A DNA stretch of 64,000 nucleotides from Lobosporangium transversale (Eukaryota). The stretch spans positions 1,612,001 through 1,676,000 of the forward strand of contig NW_019028980.1 of assembly GCF_002105155.1 (NCBI RefSeq), in the 5' to 3' direction. This document shows, piece after piece, positions 1 to 13,499 of the stretch (its first letter is position 1; every line of letters begins with the position of its first letter). The notes beneath the pieces are model-generated. The model saw only the letters and a list, made by a program, of their open reading frames with translations. It did no database searches and was not told the DNA's origin. Made by a program: the position numbers and the translations under genes.

Positions 1-1729
1 ATATGCTTTTCATATTGCGCGGATATTGAAGAGTCCTTTATACCAGCATTCCTTTGAGTGCGTGTAAGCCCAAGTCGAAGAATCTTCACGCTCGACACCG
101 CCAAAGCATTCTCAAATGCTTCAAGATCAGTCTCAGTCCAATCCCAGCCAAATGTGATATCCAACTCGTAAACTCGTATTGACCTGCTTAGTGCATCGAA
201 AAGACCTTTAGCTCTCTCTCTGGACCTGAGTGTGATAGTTACTTTACCAAGGTGCCCGTTATATTTGCCACTATTCACTTCCACTGCACTTACAAATGCC
301 TTCTGTTCTTTATCTTCATACATCGAGCAACAGTGGTCGAGACAAACCCATTTGGCACGCCCTGTTTCGCTCATGATCCTGTACAAGTTCCCAAATTGCC
401 TGTCTTCATCATTGGTTCGAAGGGATGTCCACACATTTTGGAAATCTGATCCTTTCAGTCCATCATAGCCATCGATTGTAGCAATGTTGCTCAGGCCTGG
501 ATCCTTCTTAGAGAGTGCTTCCATATAGTCGATTGAACAATCGATACCAGCATCCATCAAATCTGGGGATGGTGCCAGAGATGTAGACGAGGTCATTCCT
601 AACTTGAGCCACTTTAAAAGGATAAACATGTGCTTTCCGTACTTGCGGAAGAATTCTGTGCTGCTTCGGATCTCATACCCATCATGTTTGATGATATGGA
701 GTGGCTTCTGACTATTCTTGCTTGTCATTGCAGTGTGATCTCCACATTCACATAGGAAATGAACACGAATTTTGTTCTTCAAGACATTCATTGGATCCCA
801 CTTGGTGTGATCGACAGGTAAAATGATAAACAGTCGAGGAATTACGTATTCGTGAAGCTCAGTATTCTGAGTGAGGATAGCGTCAACATGCTGTTGGAGC
901 AAGGCAGGTTTGTCGAGGCTTTGATGTTGTATTATGTCATCCTTCTCCTTAGCTTCCACTTGCATTTTAGCCATCTTATCTTGAAGTTCAAACATCTCGC
1001 TGTCCTTCTCTTTGGTTTCCAATACCAGATTAAGCATCTTGTCATCCTTCTCTTTGGCCTCCAAGAGCACATCTGCAACCTTCTCAAGGTTAGAGTTGAT
1101 CACCTCGATATATGCATTGTTGCGTGTAGTAAGGAACGAATTGAAAGAGTGAATCAAGTTTGATAATGGTAAAAGAGTATCCTGAGAGGCCTGCTTTGAC
1201 GACTTTCTCAATGTAGGCAAATGGATGAGGGCGCTGTGATTGCTGTTGTTATTGCAGCTGCAATTAGTATTATCGATGTTGGTATTTGTGCTGGTGTTGG
1301 TGTTGATACTGGTGTTGCTGGTGTTGGCGTTGCTAGCTCCGGTGCTGCTGCTGCTACTGTCGCTGCTGCTTAGCTGCGGCGCTTCTGTTATGACATCCAG
1401 GATCTTGTAAGGATAGAATCCAATGCATGGTGGCTCGACTCTAACAAGAAGACAGATATATGCCAGATTGAGCTTCATTTATTTTCAAAAGATGATTGAT
1501 AAAGCGTACCATAATCAGTAGCATACCTGTTCCCATTAGGGTCTATGAGGAATGGAATAGGAAGTTCCTCCAGCTTGAATCGCTGTGCATCTGGAAACAC
1601 ATCCCGAATGTCTTGCAGACTCACATGGCAGGCTGAGTTGCCATTGCTTGCGAAGGTAGAAGCAATTCTGACACAAACTTTCTCAATTATGCCAGCCCTT
1701 CGGAATTGTTGGTATTGATGCTCTGTCAT
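1..1729 (-). CDS. QxFR-header / coiled-coil / Cys-His domain protein, paralog of the LRR gene at 10212-12852 (3' part runs off the left edge)
   Basis: ATG at 1729 (MTEHQYQQFRRAGIIEK). Exon 1 is 1729-1527, followed by an 86-nt GT-AG intron (1526-1441). Exon 2 starts at 1440 (R|VEPPCIGFYPYKILDVITE) and stays colinear with the paralog to position 1, with only in-frame indels seen. DNA is highly similar to ~11083-12905. Confidence 0.8.
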
Positions 1730-3462
1730 GTCGGTAGTACTTGGATGAATGAGGACAGAATGATAGGTTTTTCTCTTTTCCTCTTTGAGGGACACACGCA
1801 CTGTCCTTCATTTTTTTTTTTTTTTTTTTTTTACTGTAACGACATGTACTTGGTGTGTCAAATTTGTCTTGCATCTGATAAACAACCGATGCACTTGATC
1901 ACGCCAAGACTTGAAGAAAATAAAGATTTTTTTTGTTCAATTTATTACATGTGATTACTGCGAGTTAAGTTAAATTTTGATTCCCATCTTTACTATGGAA
2001 CCTCTCAAAGCAATTTCTCTTTTTGTTTATGCAAAGAGGAGTATTGCAATCGTTACAAATTCAAGCTGTTCGGTTGTTGGCGCGGCCTTCATTACCTCGA
2101 GAGATAAATCTGCAACATGCACAATAGGGCCTCTTCTTATTAGGAGACTCTGCTGGTATGGGAAAATGGAATCCGGGGAGAAACCATCGCCAGTGAATTG
2201 GTCCTCGTGGCTGGCAGAAATAGTTACGTCTAATCCTTCATCGACTACAGCGAAATCCGGTTCAAAGAAAGATGGACAATACTCTTCCCAATCATCATAA
2301 ACAGTTGAGCAATCATCATCATTGACGAGGTCGTGAATGTTCATAGTTTGAGCGGCTGGTAGATATGTGCGTAAGCGGGAAAAGTGAAAAAAAAAAAATA
2401 CAGAATGCTGCACATATTTGGTTTTACATATTTTTAACATTAACTGAATGAATGAACGTTACTTGAAGGAACATTACAATGTCTACACCGAAATTAACTT
2501 TAGCACGGCCAATTATTGGCTGAACCTTATTTTGGGACATGGTGGGCGACATTAGATTGCCCATGTCATTAAGATCATCATGGTGAAATCTGCTCACTCT
2601 ACGTTTTCTAGTTCCTGAGATCAACCTGTTCAAAATTAGCTTAAGAAAGGGGGGGGGGTGTAGCATAGTATACAAACCGCTTAATTTATACTTAAGTAAA
2701 ATTTACCTTGACCTTTGTCTGAAGGCTAGGTGAGTGTGGCCTTTGTTGGGAGTGAAAGTGCCCTCGAATAATAGCACATCATTTGTGATCAGGGATGACA
2801 GCTTCCTGTAGTCCTGTAGAGATATCCAGATATTTCTGACTGTTTTTCCTTGTACCTTGGTGAATTCATTTTAATTTTTAGCTAACTATAAGAAAAATTA
2901 GCTAAACAAAATGATAAAGTCAGCTAAAAATATATGATTCTCGCTGGAAGTAAGCCACCTTTCTTTAACCCACAAATAACATTTAAAAAAAAAAAAAACA
3001 TCTGTCTCTACTTCACTTTTCAATTCCTTTCACTTTTTTTTTCTTCAAGAATGTCATGAATAAATGTACATACTAATGTATTTAATAGTCTGAATCTTGG
3101 AAACATTGAGTACAGACTCTGATATCGATTGAATCTATTTGTAATTGGTTAGCTAATGTTGCTAAATTCATTGGATCTAAAAAAAAAGATAAGGTACGTT
3201 TAAAGGTTTTAGCGGTTCGATTTAGATATATAAAAGAAGAGGCATTTTTTTTTTCTTTTGCTATGATGTATCAAACGATTAGTCTTTATGACGTCTCTTC
3301 GGAGCCATGGATCCAACTTACCCATTACCTGAGCAAACCAAAAAATGAAAAATGAAAAAAAAAAAAAGAAACCACATTATTTCTTCTTTTGACACGAATT
3401 ATCAAAATTGATGGCCATGTTATAAAGAAACTAAACAGCGTCAATTGTATTTCTTTTGTTTA

Positions 3463-3524
<62 letters not shown>

Positions 3525-3986
3525 TAGGATTATCCGTTTAATTCAACAAGAGAAAATATAGTCCATTCACCGTCTGCAAAATCAGATAGAGTATAATGAT
3601 CATAATAAATCTTAATAGTCAGTTATTCCTCCGGCCATGAGTTTTTTTAATCTTTACGTGTTTTTTCTAAAAAAGAAAAAAAAAAAAAAAAAAAATCAGG
3701 ATTGAAAAAGGGTAATGTAGGTGATTATAAACGAATTGGCTGTCAACGGATAATATGTATTAAAATAAAGGACGAAGTGGAACTTATTCCCATTGTGATA
3801 TTCCCGAGTTTCTTTTTTTAGTTTTGTTTTTTCGACGCGAATATGAACAAGGTGATAATGAGGTAAATGGATTAAATCGAATAATGACAAAATGGTATAA
3901 TGAAGCTACCTTGGGTTTCCAAGGAAAAGAAATGTGATTGAAAAGATGAGGAAGGGACAATAAAGAACGGATGCTATCCATATTAT

Positions 3987-5389
3987 TCATCGGAACTCGT
4001 ATGACCCAAACGAACGTTCAGTGACATGGTCAAGTTCAAGTTTTTGGAATCTAAAATGGCAGTAAAGTGAATTAGTAGAGATTAGTGACGACTTGTTTAG
4101 GATTGTCATTCCCGTAAGAGATAGAAAAAAATAAAAATAAAAATAAAAATAAAAAAAATGAAGACTTACTTCTCACTTGACTGATGGTAATAATAGCCTT
4201 TGATTTTGCCCGTAATCTTTTGATAACAAATATAGTAAAAGCCCGCAAAACTTGCGCCTTGAACACCTTCAATACGGTGATCCGGTACCAAGAAATGTTC
4301 CTTCCATCTCATAAAAACCACATCTCTGTTATTGAAATCGTATTTGAAATCCCGTTCCATGTCCCTTAAATTGACTACGCCCTCGAACGATGAAAACTGC
4401 GTCTATTAGTGGGAAATAATAATAATAACAAAAAATGAATATTTGTCTTTGCGCGGTTTAAATAGACCTTAAAACGGTTGTTATCCCGATGCGATGTTTG
4501 AGATGTTGTTACTGTTGCTGTAGTTGTTGTGGTTGCTGTGGCTGCTGTTTGCTACTTACCCAGTGCTCCTCATCTGTTTCTTCTGTTGCATCCCACTTCT
4601 TTGTCAAGAACGAAAACTCGGGCCCAATAATCTCTGCATCAAAAAAGGTTGTCAGCTTTGGGTAATCAGGCGTCAGGTTCTTGATGAGTAAGTATCCACT
4701 CAGTGTAGACTGATTTAGATCAACGTGCTATTGTATACAAAGATGACAAGAAAAGGCAGCGAGAGGTTTTTTAAAAAAAATAATAATAATAATAATAATA
4801 AAATAAAAAAAAAAATCTTTTAGCCATCCTTTCCCTGAGTATTATCAAAATGCTTGTAGAGATTTGCCAAACATCGGTTCGTTGCTTCATTTCATACCTT
4901 GATATCGACAATGACGCTGTAACTGTGTGAACCTGAGGTTTGCTCGCCTTGAAACCTACTTCCTGGGTATAGATGGCATACCCTGGATGGTATCATCCGA
5001 ACAAATTCAAAAGGATCTCGTTTACGCTGTCGTCTTTGCTGTAGCTGTAGTTGCTGCAGTTCTTTCCGTCTCTGCTGCAATATTAGCAGCTGTTTCTGTT
5101 TCATCAAGATCTGTTGTTTCAATTGCACACAATATGGAGCGTTGGAAACATCGTGAAGAGGACACGTTAAGAGATGTCCATGGAAATGAACTGATGTACC
5201 ATAATAATGATTATCTTGAGAATCTTGAAAGACATCCCTATTGTCGTGGTTATTGCTATTGCCGTTGTCTTCTGAAGTGGGACAGGTACAGATCACTTCG
5301 AGCGCAATGTCAGTTGTGTCTGTAGTGGTGGCGGTGATGGATGCGGTGTCCACAGGATCCGCAGTGGTAACCTGAGCAAAGACGGGCAT
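3987..5389 (-). CDS. GID4: GID complex substrate receptor (vacuolar import and degradation protein Vid24/Gid4)
   Basis: Exons 5389-4898, 4727-4560, 4402-4170 and 4050-3987. The spliced protein contains [54 protein letters not shown] and FQKLEL...SYEFR*. Confidence 0.9.
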
Positions 5390-6159
5390 GGTGGTTGGTG
5401 GTTATATTGATAAATTTAATAAAACAGCACTCTTTGGGTCATACGAGCATATAAATGGTCGAGTACGTAAATCAGAGGAGAGGGGGCTGTGCTGTAATGA
5501 GGACGTGCGGGTATAAGATGCGATATGCGCTGTTAGAATATATTTGTAATATTGTAATATCGTAATATTGTCATATGAAATGGGCGATGACAATAGAATC
5601 AAGAAAAACCAGGGTTGTGTGCAAAGAGAGAGTCAAGAGAAGAGTGTTAACAGAACTGGAGGTGAAAAAAGAAACCCTTTTAGTTGAATGTGGATGAATG
5701 AATGAATAAATGAATGAACGAATGTGAATTTGAATGTGAGAGTGAGTTTGATTTTGAAATGGGGTTAATAAAGGTTATTTTATGTTTTGTCAGACAAACA
5801 AGCTGTCTAATCAGATGTAAATGCAAATGCAAGTTAGTTGTGGCTGCTGTGGTGCTGTGGTGTGTGTGACAAAATAACATTACACTCTTTATCCTATTCA
5901 ATTCATTCAATTCTATTCCATTTGAGTGGTCAGTACACCAGCTGACCTCTCTATTCATAACAGACCAACCACAGCCCGCTCTTCCCGACTGCTTCCCACG
6001 CCCATTCTGCATTGTGCATTCATATGGAAACATGTAGACTCTTACATAGACATCTGCATCTGGAAGAAATATCCCTCCTACTTTTTGAACTTTGAAGCAT
6101 CGGAAAACGTTTTTTTTTTTTTTTTTTCCCCTTTTTCCTTTTTCCTCCTTCCTCGATCG

Positions 6160-6421
6160 AGTCTAAAAAAGTAGATGAACATTTGATGGTTTGAAGGTGA
6201 TCGCATCCTTGCAGTGATAAACGTTGGTTGGGATGGTATGATATTTCTTCCGGAATCTATTAGACCCTCTTCTTACTCATAGTTGAGCTTAATGCTCTCC
6301 TATACATGCTTGAGCAAGACTACATAAAAGTCCCTCCAGACTCGTACGCAATTTCGAGATTTTTCTTTTTCTTTTTCTTTTTTTTTTTTTCTTTTTCGCC
6401 AACAGGAATGCTCATATCTTC
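6160..6421 (+). repeat. Dispersed repeat family, copy A
   Basis: Reverse complement of ~8441-8700 and similar to ~13500-13830. Shared blocks include atggtttgaaggtgatcgcatcc, aatgctctcctata and gccaacaggaatgctcat. Confidence 0.8.
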
Positions 6422-6998
6422 GAAAAAGGGATAGTAATGTATTACAGTGGTAAAGTGGTGAACAGAACCGAAACCCAAGGGGGTTATAGCTGATCTTCGC
6501 CCGACTTCAAAGCAGATTCTTTAAGATTATTGATTTTCCCATACCTGGATATCATCAACGGGGTCCAAGTCTAAACTGTCCAGTAAAGGTAGTCCTAGGA
6601 AGAATGTTTTTGAGAGAATGAATGGGAAGCAAGAGATTCAAGCAGTGCTGACAATTGACATAGGAAAGCGGATTAGCAGACTCATTAATACTCTTACAAG
6701 TTTCATTTGGAAGATGGCGGATCAAGCCTGGCCGAATTGAAACCGTAGAAGGAAGAGGTTGAATCACCGTGTAGCAATAAGTTTAGAGAGACAAAAAGAT
6801 AATTTTATTATAGTTACTAAAACAACTCTTTTCCTAGGCTTAACACTGTATACTGTCATATTAAGCACTTTGAGTAATTTTGTTTCTTTTTTTTCACAAC
6901 ACAAAACAATCATACGAAACGAGAGATTTTTTTTCTTTTATTATATATATTTTTTTGAGGGGAATGTCCGGGATCTTTCCAGTTATACATGGCCTTGC

Positions 6999-8017
6999 TT
7001 ATTGCTCTTTGGATACTCTTGTCGTTCTGTACTCGGACATGAACATTGAAGACGTTGATGTAGGTGTTTGCATGATTGCTGCTGCCGCCATTGCTGTTTC
7101 TGTTATTATTTCTGCTTGAGGTTTAGGGCTACAATCCTTAGTTGCATTCGGATCCTTACTTTCTCTTTTGGATGTTTCCTGCCCACGAGGTCGGGGCTTT
7201 GCACTGATCAAAGCTGTAGAGTCCTTTACTGCATCAGTCTGGATAGCGCAGCCAGGTTGTGAAGCAGTGGATTTAACTGATGTCGATGATATCACTATTG
7301 ATAATAAGGTTGTCGATGTTGTATCGTAAGAATCTATATGGACAACAGTCGTACCATTACGATCCGATTTTGCAGTTGCCTCGCTATCTTTTGCCTGGGA
7401 CCCAAAGTATGGTTCAGATCCCCATATTGATCCCCATATTGTTTCCAATCTTGTACTGGACCAGGTATAAATGCTCTGTGCATTCTGTTGGGATTACCGT
7501 AGCTACACTTGAATGATCGCATCCATGACGAGGACGACGACGCATCACTAGCTGTATTGGCATTTGGCAACGGTGGAGACACTTGATCCAGAAGTAGAAG
7601 CTGTCGAGGTTTGGTGGCGTCATCCTTGGCGCCACTGTTGTTGCCACCAATTGTTGTGATTAGCAGCCATTTATAGGGTTTTTACTATCGCTAAGACTTT
7701 TACCCCTTTTTATTTAACGAAGATCCCTGGATTATAATAATGACATCTTTCTTTCGTTCTCGTTCTTGTTGCTTATTATGATCCTGGTATATTTCACCAA
7801 TATTGTTGTTGAATGGATTCGGTTGGGTCTTTTCGACAGTAGCGTGACGAGGGACAAGTCCTGACGTGGTAACGGAATGTGATGCCATAATAGTTGACGA
7901 TAGGGTGGTCATCATTACTGATGTAGCTGCATTTGTGCTCGAGCTTGCCATGCTATACTGGTTATCTTCTATCCCTTCTTGTCCTTGTGTCTTTTCATTT
8001 CGTTGTCTCTTTGGCAC
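6999..8017 (-). pseudogene. Fragmented Ser/Thr-rich hypothetical gene
   Basis: Three consecutive low-complexity ORF pieces in different frames (7700-8017, 7334-7582, 6999-7448). The segment 7651-7790 recurs at 52241-52375. Confidence 0.3.
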
Positions 8018-8309
8018 TTGTATATATGCTTAGTAGAATTGTCAGAGGGTTTTTGCGTTTTCCGATGGAATGCATTTTTCTTTCTGAATGAACAATTGGC
8101 CATTCAGTTGTTTGGAAAAGGAAAAGGTGAGGTGTTCAGTTAGTTGGGAAAGGAAAGAGTAAAGTTTTCAGTTGGTTGGTAAAGTGTTCAGTTGGTTGGA
8201 AGAAAAAAAAAAAAAAAAAAAGTAGAAGGAAAAGAAAAAAGTAAAAAACAAGCGCTAAATAGGCTGGTTAGGTCACGTGAAATCAAAGTTCACGCGACGC
8301 GCCTATCTT

Positions 8310-8700
8310 GCCTCAACAACATCATCGGCCTTGTTCAGGCGTTTTTTCCTACAATCACTGAATGGATGCTTCCATTTTGACAATTCCATCGCAACGTGCA
8401 TCTTCAGTCAATGAACATTTTTGAATTACTCGAATTAGTCGAAGCCATGAGCATTTTTCTTGGCAAAAGAAAAGAGAAATAAGAATCTCGAAATTGCGTA
8501 CGGGTCTGCAAGGATTTTCATGTTGTCTTGCTCAAGCATGTATAGGAGAGCATTGAGCTAAGTAGGTAAGAAGAGGATCTAATAGGTCCTGGAGGAAGTA
8601 CCATACTGTCCCGACCAAAGTTTATCATTGCAAGGATGCGATCATCTTCAAACCATACAAACCACCGCACCATCAAGTGTATTCATCGACTTTTTTGACT
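8310..8700 (-). repeat. Dispersed repeat family, copy B (inverted)
   Basis: Its reverse complement matches 6160-6421 and, over a longer span, ~13500-13960. Confidence 0.8.
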
Positions 8701-9363
8701 CAGTTTACTCACTCAGTCAAGGCCTACAGTTCGGTCATACCAGTTAAATATTTCTATAAAGATGGAGGCTCGTATTTTCCCTTGGGTTAGAGTTTTTGGG
8801 AGTATCCTAGATCAGCACCTTGCGCGCCACAAACACGGCAGTCCAGGGCAATGAAGTTGGTCTGTTCTTCCTGGTTTGTACGAGAGGCAAGGCCTTGGCT
8901 TCGAGTGACATAAGTATCTCCATCATATTCTGAATGTGATCAGTAGCTTTCGCAGATTCGAGTCAGTTATTACAAAGGTGCAGAGAAAAAAATGTTACCC
9001 AATTCGTATTCAACAGTGCATTGTTGGAGAATACTAGTTTGAGCACAAGGTTGTAGAGACGAGATAGCAGGCCTAATAGCTAGAGGGGCAGCAAGGGAGG
9101 CAAAGATGACATTGGCTGCAGAATGGGGTCGTTACAATATCGATGGTGTTTCCATGTCTGAAGGGTTCAGTTCTGAAAGGTGTTGATTAAGCAACGCATT
9201 TCCTTTTTCACAAGATCAAAATGGTCTGTACTCAAAACGACAGGAGTTCAAGTGACCAGTTTGACTTGATGACTGGGATCAGAGGCAAGTCCTGGCCGCA
9301 GGCTGAACGATGGCTTTGAAGGACGTTTTGTGGTAATTATTCTTCATACACATACTTTACACC

Positions 9364-9397
<34 letters not shown>

Positions 9398-10211
9398 GCA
9401 TATTCCTCAAAAGTAAAAGTATTCAAAAACTTACGCCGGGATCCTTAAGCTGAGCTGAGCACAGCAAAGAGCGAATTTGCGTTGTCAGGTAATATGAATA
9501 CAGTCGTAGCCGGTGACTCCCGTTCCGCGGTGTAAGCTTTTTTTTTGTCTATGTTAATAACCTAGACGATCTTTTATTCCTCTTTCTATAGTAGAGTAGT
9601 CTGTGCTACAGTTCTAATAAGTTGATGCAAAGCGGAGTAAACCCAAGCAACCCTAAAAATAAAAAATAAAAAACTTAATATAGTTGAAAACGTTGCCTTG
9701 TTAACTCATTGCCTTGAATACTCGTACAAGCCTTGGAAGTCTTCTATTTTCAACCCAACAAGTTTTTTTTTTATTTCTTATTTATTAATAAGTGGTTCTC
9801 TAATACGATTGTGCAAATTATTAGAAATAGGTTCGTATTGGTCGCTCTTGGCCACCAACACCCACTCTTTTCGGTCTCTCTTTGTCCAATATAGGCAGAT
9901 TTTAGTGAAGTGACATCCCGCAGTAGATATTCTCCTTCGCAATGCTCTGCTATAGCTGGAGGACACACTTCTTGAAGCCATCGATACTAATATCTTTCTT
10001 GATATTTGGATTAAAAACCAACGCCGCCATGGCTGCTTGGTTGTTACAAGCAAGCTTTATTTAAACCAAACTATTTTCTTTAATCACTCCCAGAGCTCTT
10101 TCAACCATCAAATCAGTCAAGTATCCCAAAAACGATCCAAAGTTGGTCAAACAGTCCAGAGTGTGGCTAACAGCATCAGTATCCCTTCTTTGACGCTTAA
10201 GGCTGTCTTAC

Positions 10212-12852
10212 TTATTTGGCTAAAACTGCGTTTGTCTTGAGGGCTTCTGAGATTGCCAGAGCTGCTTTATCCCTAAATGCGTTGCCATCCAAGTTCAAAG
10301 TCGTCAGAGTTGTATTGACCTTGAGTGCCTCTGACAGTGCCAAGGTTCCTTTCTTTCCAATTGAGTTGTCACTCAAGTCCAAAGTCATCAAATTACTGGT
10401 GACCTTGAGCGCCTCTGACAGTGCCAGAGCTCCTTCATCCTCAATTGAGTTGTAACTCAAGTCCAAAGACATCAAACTACTGGTGACCTTGAGCGCCTCT
10501 GACAGTGCCAGAGCTCCTTCATCCTCAATTGAGTTGTCACTCAAGTCCAAAGTTATCAAACTAGTGTTAACCTTGAGCGCTTCTGACAATGCCAGAGCTC
10601 CTTCATCCTCAATTGAGTTGTAACTCAAGTTCAAAGTCATCAAACTACTGTTGACCTTGAGCGCCTCTGACAGTGCCAGAGCTCCTTTATCCCCAATTGA
10701 GTTGCTACCCAGCGTCAAAGAGGTCAAGCTACTGTTAACCTTAAGTGCCTCCGACAGTGACAGAGCTCCTTTATCCCCAATTGAGTTGTCACTCAAGTCC
10801 AAAATCGCTAGAGTTATATTGGTCTTGAGCGCCTCTGACAGTGTCAGGACTTCTTTATCAAAAATTGAGTTGTTGGTCAAGTCCAAAGTCGTTAATGCCG
10901 TGTTAGTCTTGAGTGAATTTACAAGCCCTTGTAATTCGCTGGCTCCAATCGATCGAGCCTTCACCCCAAAGGTTAGCTTATGAAGGTGCGCCAGTTTTGC
11001 AGGCCCTAAACCGAGAAGTTTCATGAGATCCTGAGATAGAGTAATATGGATTGTTTTCATGTTACTGAGCTCTATGATGCGAATAAGCCTCTCATATCGC
11101 GCGGGTATTGAAGAATCTTTTGTACCGGCATTCCTTTGAGTTCGTGCAAGCCCAAGTCGAAGATTCGATACACTCGACACCGCTAAAGCATTCTCAAATG
11201 CTTCAAGATCAATCTCAGTCCAATCCCAGCCAAATGTGATATCCAACTCGTAAACTCGTCTTGACCTGCTTAGTGCATCGAAAAGACCTTTAGCTCTCTT
11301 TCTGGACCTGAGTGTGATAGTTACTTTACCAAGGTGCCCGTTATATTTGCCACTATTCACTTCCACTGCACTTACAAATGCCTTCTGTTCTTTTTCTTCA
11401 TACATCGAGCAACAGTGATCGAGACAAACCCATTTGGCACGCCCTGTTTCGCTCATGATCCTGTACAAGTTCCCAAATTGCCTGTCTTCATCATTGGTTC
11501 GAAGGGATGTCCACACATTTTGGAAATCTGATCCTTTCAGTCCATCATAGTCATCGATTGTAGCAATGTTGCTCAAGCCTGGATCCTCCTTAGAGAGTGC
11601 TTCCATATAGTCGATTGAACAATCGATACCAGCATCCGTCAAATCTGGGGATGGTGCCAGAGTTGCAGACGAAGACATTCTCAGCTTGAGCCACTGTAAG
11701 AGGATGAACATGTGCTTTCCGTACTTGCGGAAGAATTCTGTGCTGCTTCGGATCTCATATCCATCATGTTTGGTGATATGGAGTGGCTTCTGACTATTCT
11801 TGCTTGTCATTGCAGTGTGATCTCCACATTCACATAGGAAATGAACACGAATTTTGTTCTTCAAGACATTCGTTGGATCCCACTTGGTGTGATCGACAGG
11901 TAGAATGATAAACAGTCGAGGAATTACGTATTCGTGGAGCTCAACGTTCTGCTTAAGGATAGCATGGACATGCTTTTGAAGGGTAGCAAGCTTGTCAGGG
12001 CCTTGATGTTGTATTATGTCATCCTTCTCCTTAGCTTCCAATTGTAGTTTAAACATCTTCTCTTGTAGTTTAAACATCTCGCTGTCCTTCTCTTTGGTTT
12101 CCAATACCAGATTAAGCATCTTGTCTTTCAGTTTATGCAGCTCGCTGTCCTTTTCTTTGGTTTCCAACAGCAGATTAGCCACCTTGTCATCCTTCTCTTT
12201 GGCCTCCAAGAGCACATCTGCAACCTTCTCAAGGTTAGAGCTGATCACCTCGATATATGCATTGTTGCGTGTAGTAAGGAGCGAATTGAAAGATTGAATC
12301 AAGTTTGATAATGGTAAAAGAGTATCCTGAGAGGCCTGCTTTGACGACTTTCTCAATGTAGGCAAGTGGATGACGGTGTTGTGATTGCTGTTGTTATTGC
12401 AGCTACAGTTGGTATTGTCAGTGCTATTTGTGCTAGTGTTGGCGTCAATGCTGGTGTTGCTGGTGTTGGCGTTGCTAGCTTCGGTGCTGCTGCTGCTACT
12501 GTCGCTGCTGCTTAGCTGCGGCGCTTCTGTAATGACATCCAGGATCTTGTAAGGATAGAATCCAATGCATGGTGGCTCGACTCTAACAAGAAGACAGATA
12601 TATGCCAGATTGAGCTTCATTTATTTTCCAAAGATGATCGATAAAGCGCACCATAATCAGTAACATACCTGTTCCCATTAGGGTCTATGAGGAATGGAAT
12701 AGGAAGTTCCTCCAGCTTGAATCGCTGTGCATCTGGAAACACATCCCGAATGTCTTGCAGACTCACATGGCAGGCTGAGTTGCCATTGCTTGCGAAGGTA
12801 CTTTCTCAATTATGCCAGCCCTTCGGAATTGTTGGTATTGGTGCTCTGTCAT
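10212..12852 (-). CDS. RNI-like (28-aa) leucine-rich-repeat protein with QxFR header, coiled coil and Cys/His domain; header exon frameshifted (possible pseudogene)
   Basis: ATG at 12852, exon 1 to 12669, intron 12668-12583, exon 2 12582-10212 open. About eight LKVNxxLxxLDLxxNSIxDxGALALSEA repeats at the C-terminus. Exon 1 is 184 nt versus 203 nt in the paralog (19-nt deletion). Confidence 0.75.
10225..10915 (-). repeat. 84-bp coding tandem repeat (LRR units)
   Basis: Recurring ttgagcgcctctgacagtgccagagctcct...caattgagttg units with 84-nt periodicity. Confidence 0.9.
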
Positions 12853-13499
12853 GTCGGTAGCACTTGGATGAATGAGGACAGAATGAAAGGTTTTCTCATT
12901 TCTCTTTTGAGTAACGCATTAATCCTATTTCTTAAAATCTTGGCCACTTGCGCGCGTGACAAGTGAGAAAATTCAGTGTATTTCTTCCAAAGCTCCTTTT
13001 GCAGATGCCTTTCACTTGACTCCTGCAACCCACTTGGCTTGAATAGATTGCTGCGTTGTATCTATTTAACAATTGATCTTGTTTGCCCCACTGGTCACAT
13101 TCCCATTCAAGGCTTTGTACCGTCTATTTGCGACAAATGACAGAAGGTGAGGTGACCATGACGCCTTCCCTGACGATGAGTGGATATATGAAATGCACAC
13201 CATGAGCTATTGAAATGAACAGCATAGTCGTGTTCAGCACATTACACTTGAGAGATCAGTCAATGATGTATCTTTGCCGTCTTCTCTCTTAGCTTCCCAG
13301 AGCACAGATTCCAAGCTAACAGGCTGAGAAGTGGATCTGGATGCATTTGTCTTCTTGATCACGTTCATATCTTTGTTCCAAGAGTAGTAGAGTTAGCAAC
13401 CCCAAAAATAAATATGAGTCTCGGCCTTGAAGGAGCATTTGACCTCTTTTATGGGAGCTGTGGACCTTAGTTGAATGAGTAAATTAGATGACCACATAT

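Noticed and set aside
2027..2440. 137-aa minus-strand ORF upstream of LRR copy 1
   Set aside because: No recognisable domain and not shared with copy 2; cannot be supported as a gene.
6160..8700. Single 2.5-kb TIR transposon bounded by repeat copies A and B
   Set aside because: No TSD or transposase was found, the arms are unequal, and a third copy lies elsewhere. Reported as a dispersed repeat instead.
8800..10200. Possible decayed retroelement or gene fragments
   Set aside because: Protein-like stretches with stops but no motif I could assign.
10225..10915. Regular repeats (also 29750-39900) as a possible CRISPR-like array
   Set aside because: The 84-bp and 108-bp units are in-frame LRR and SEL1 coding repeats with no repeat-spacer structure.
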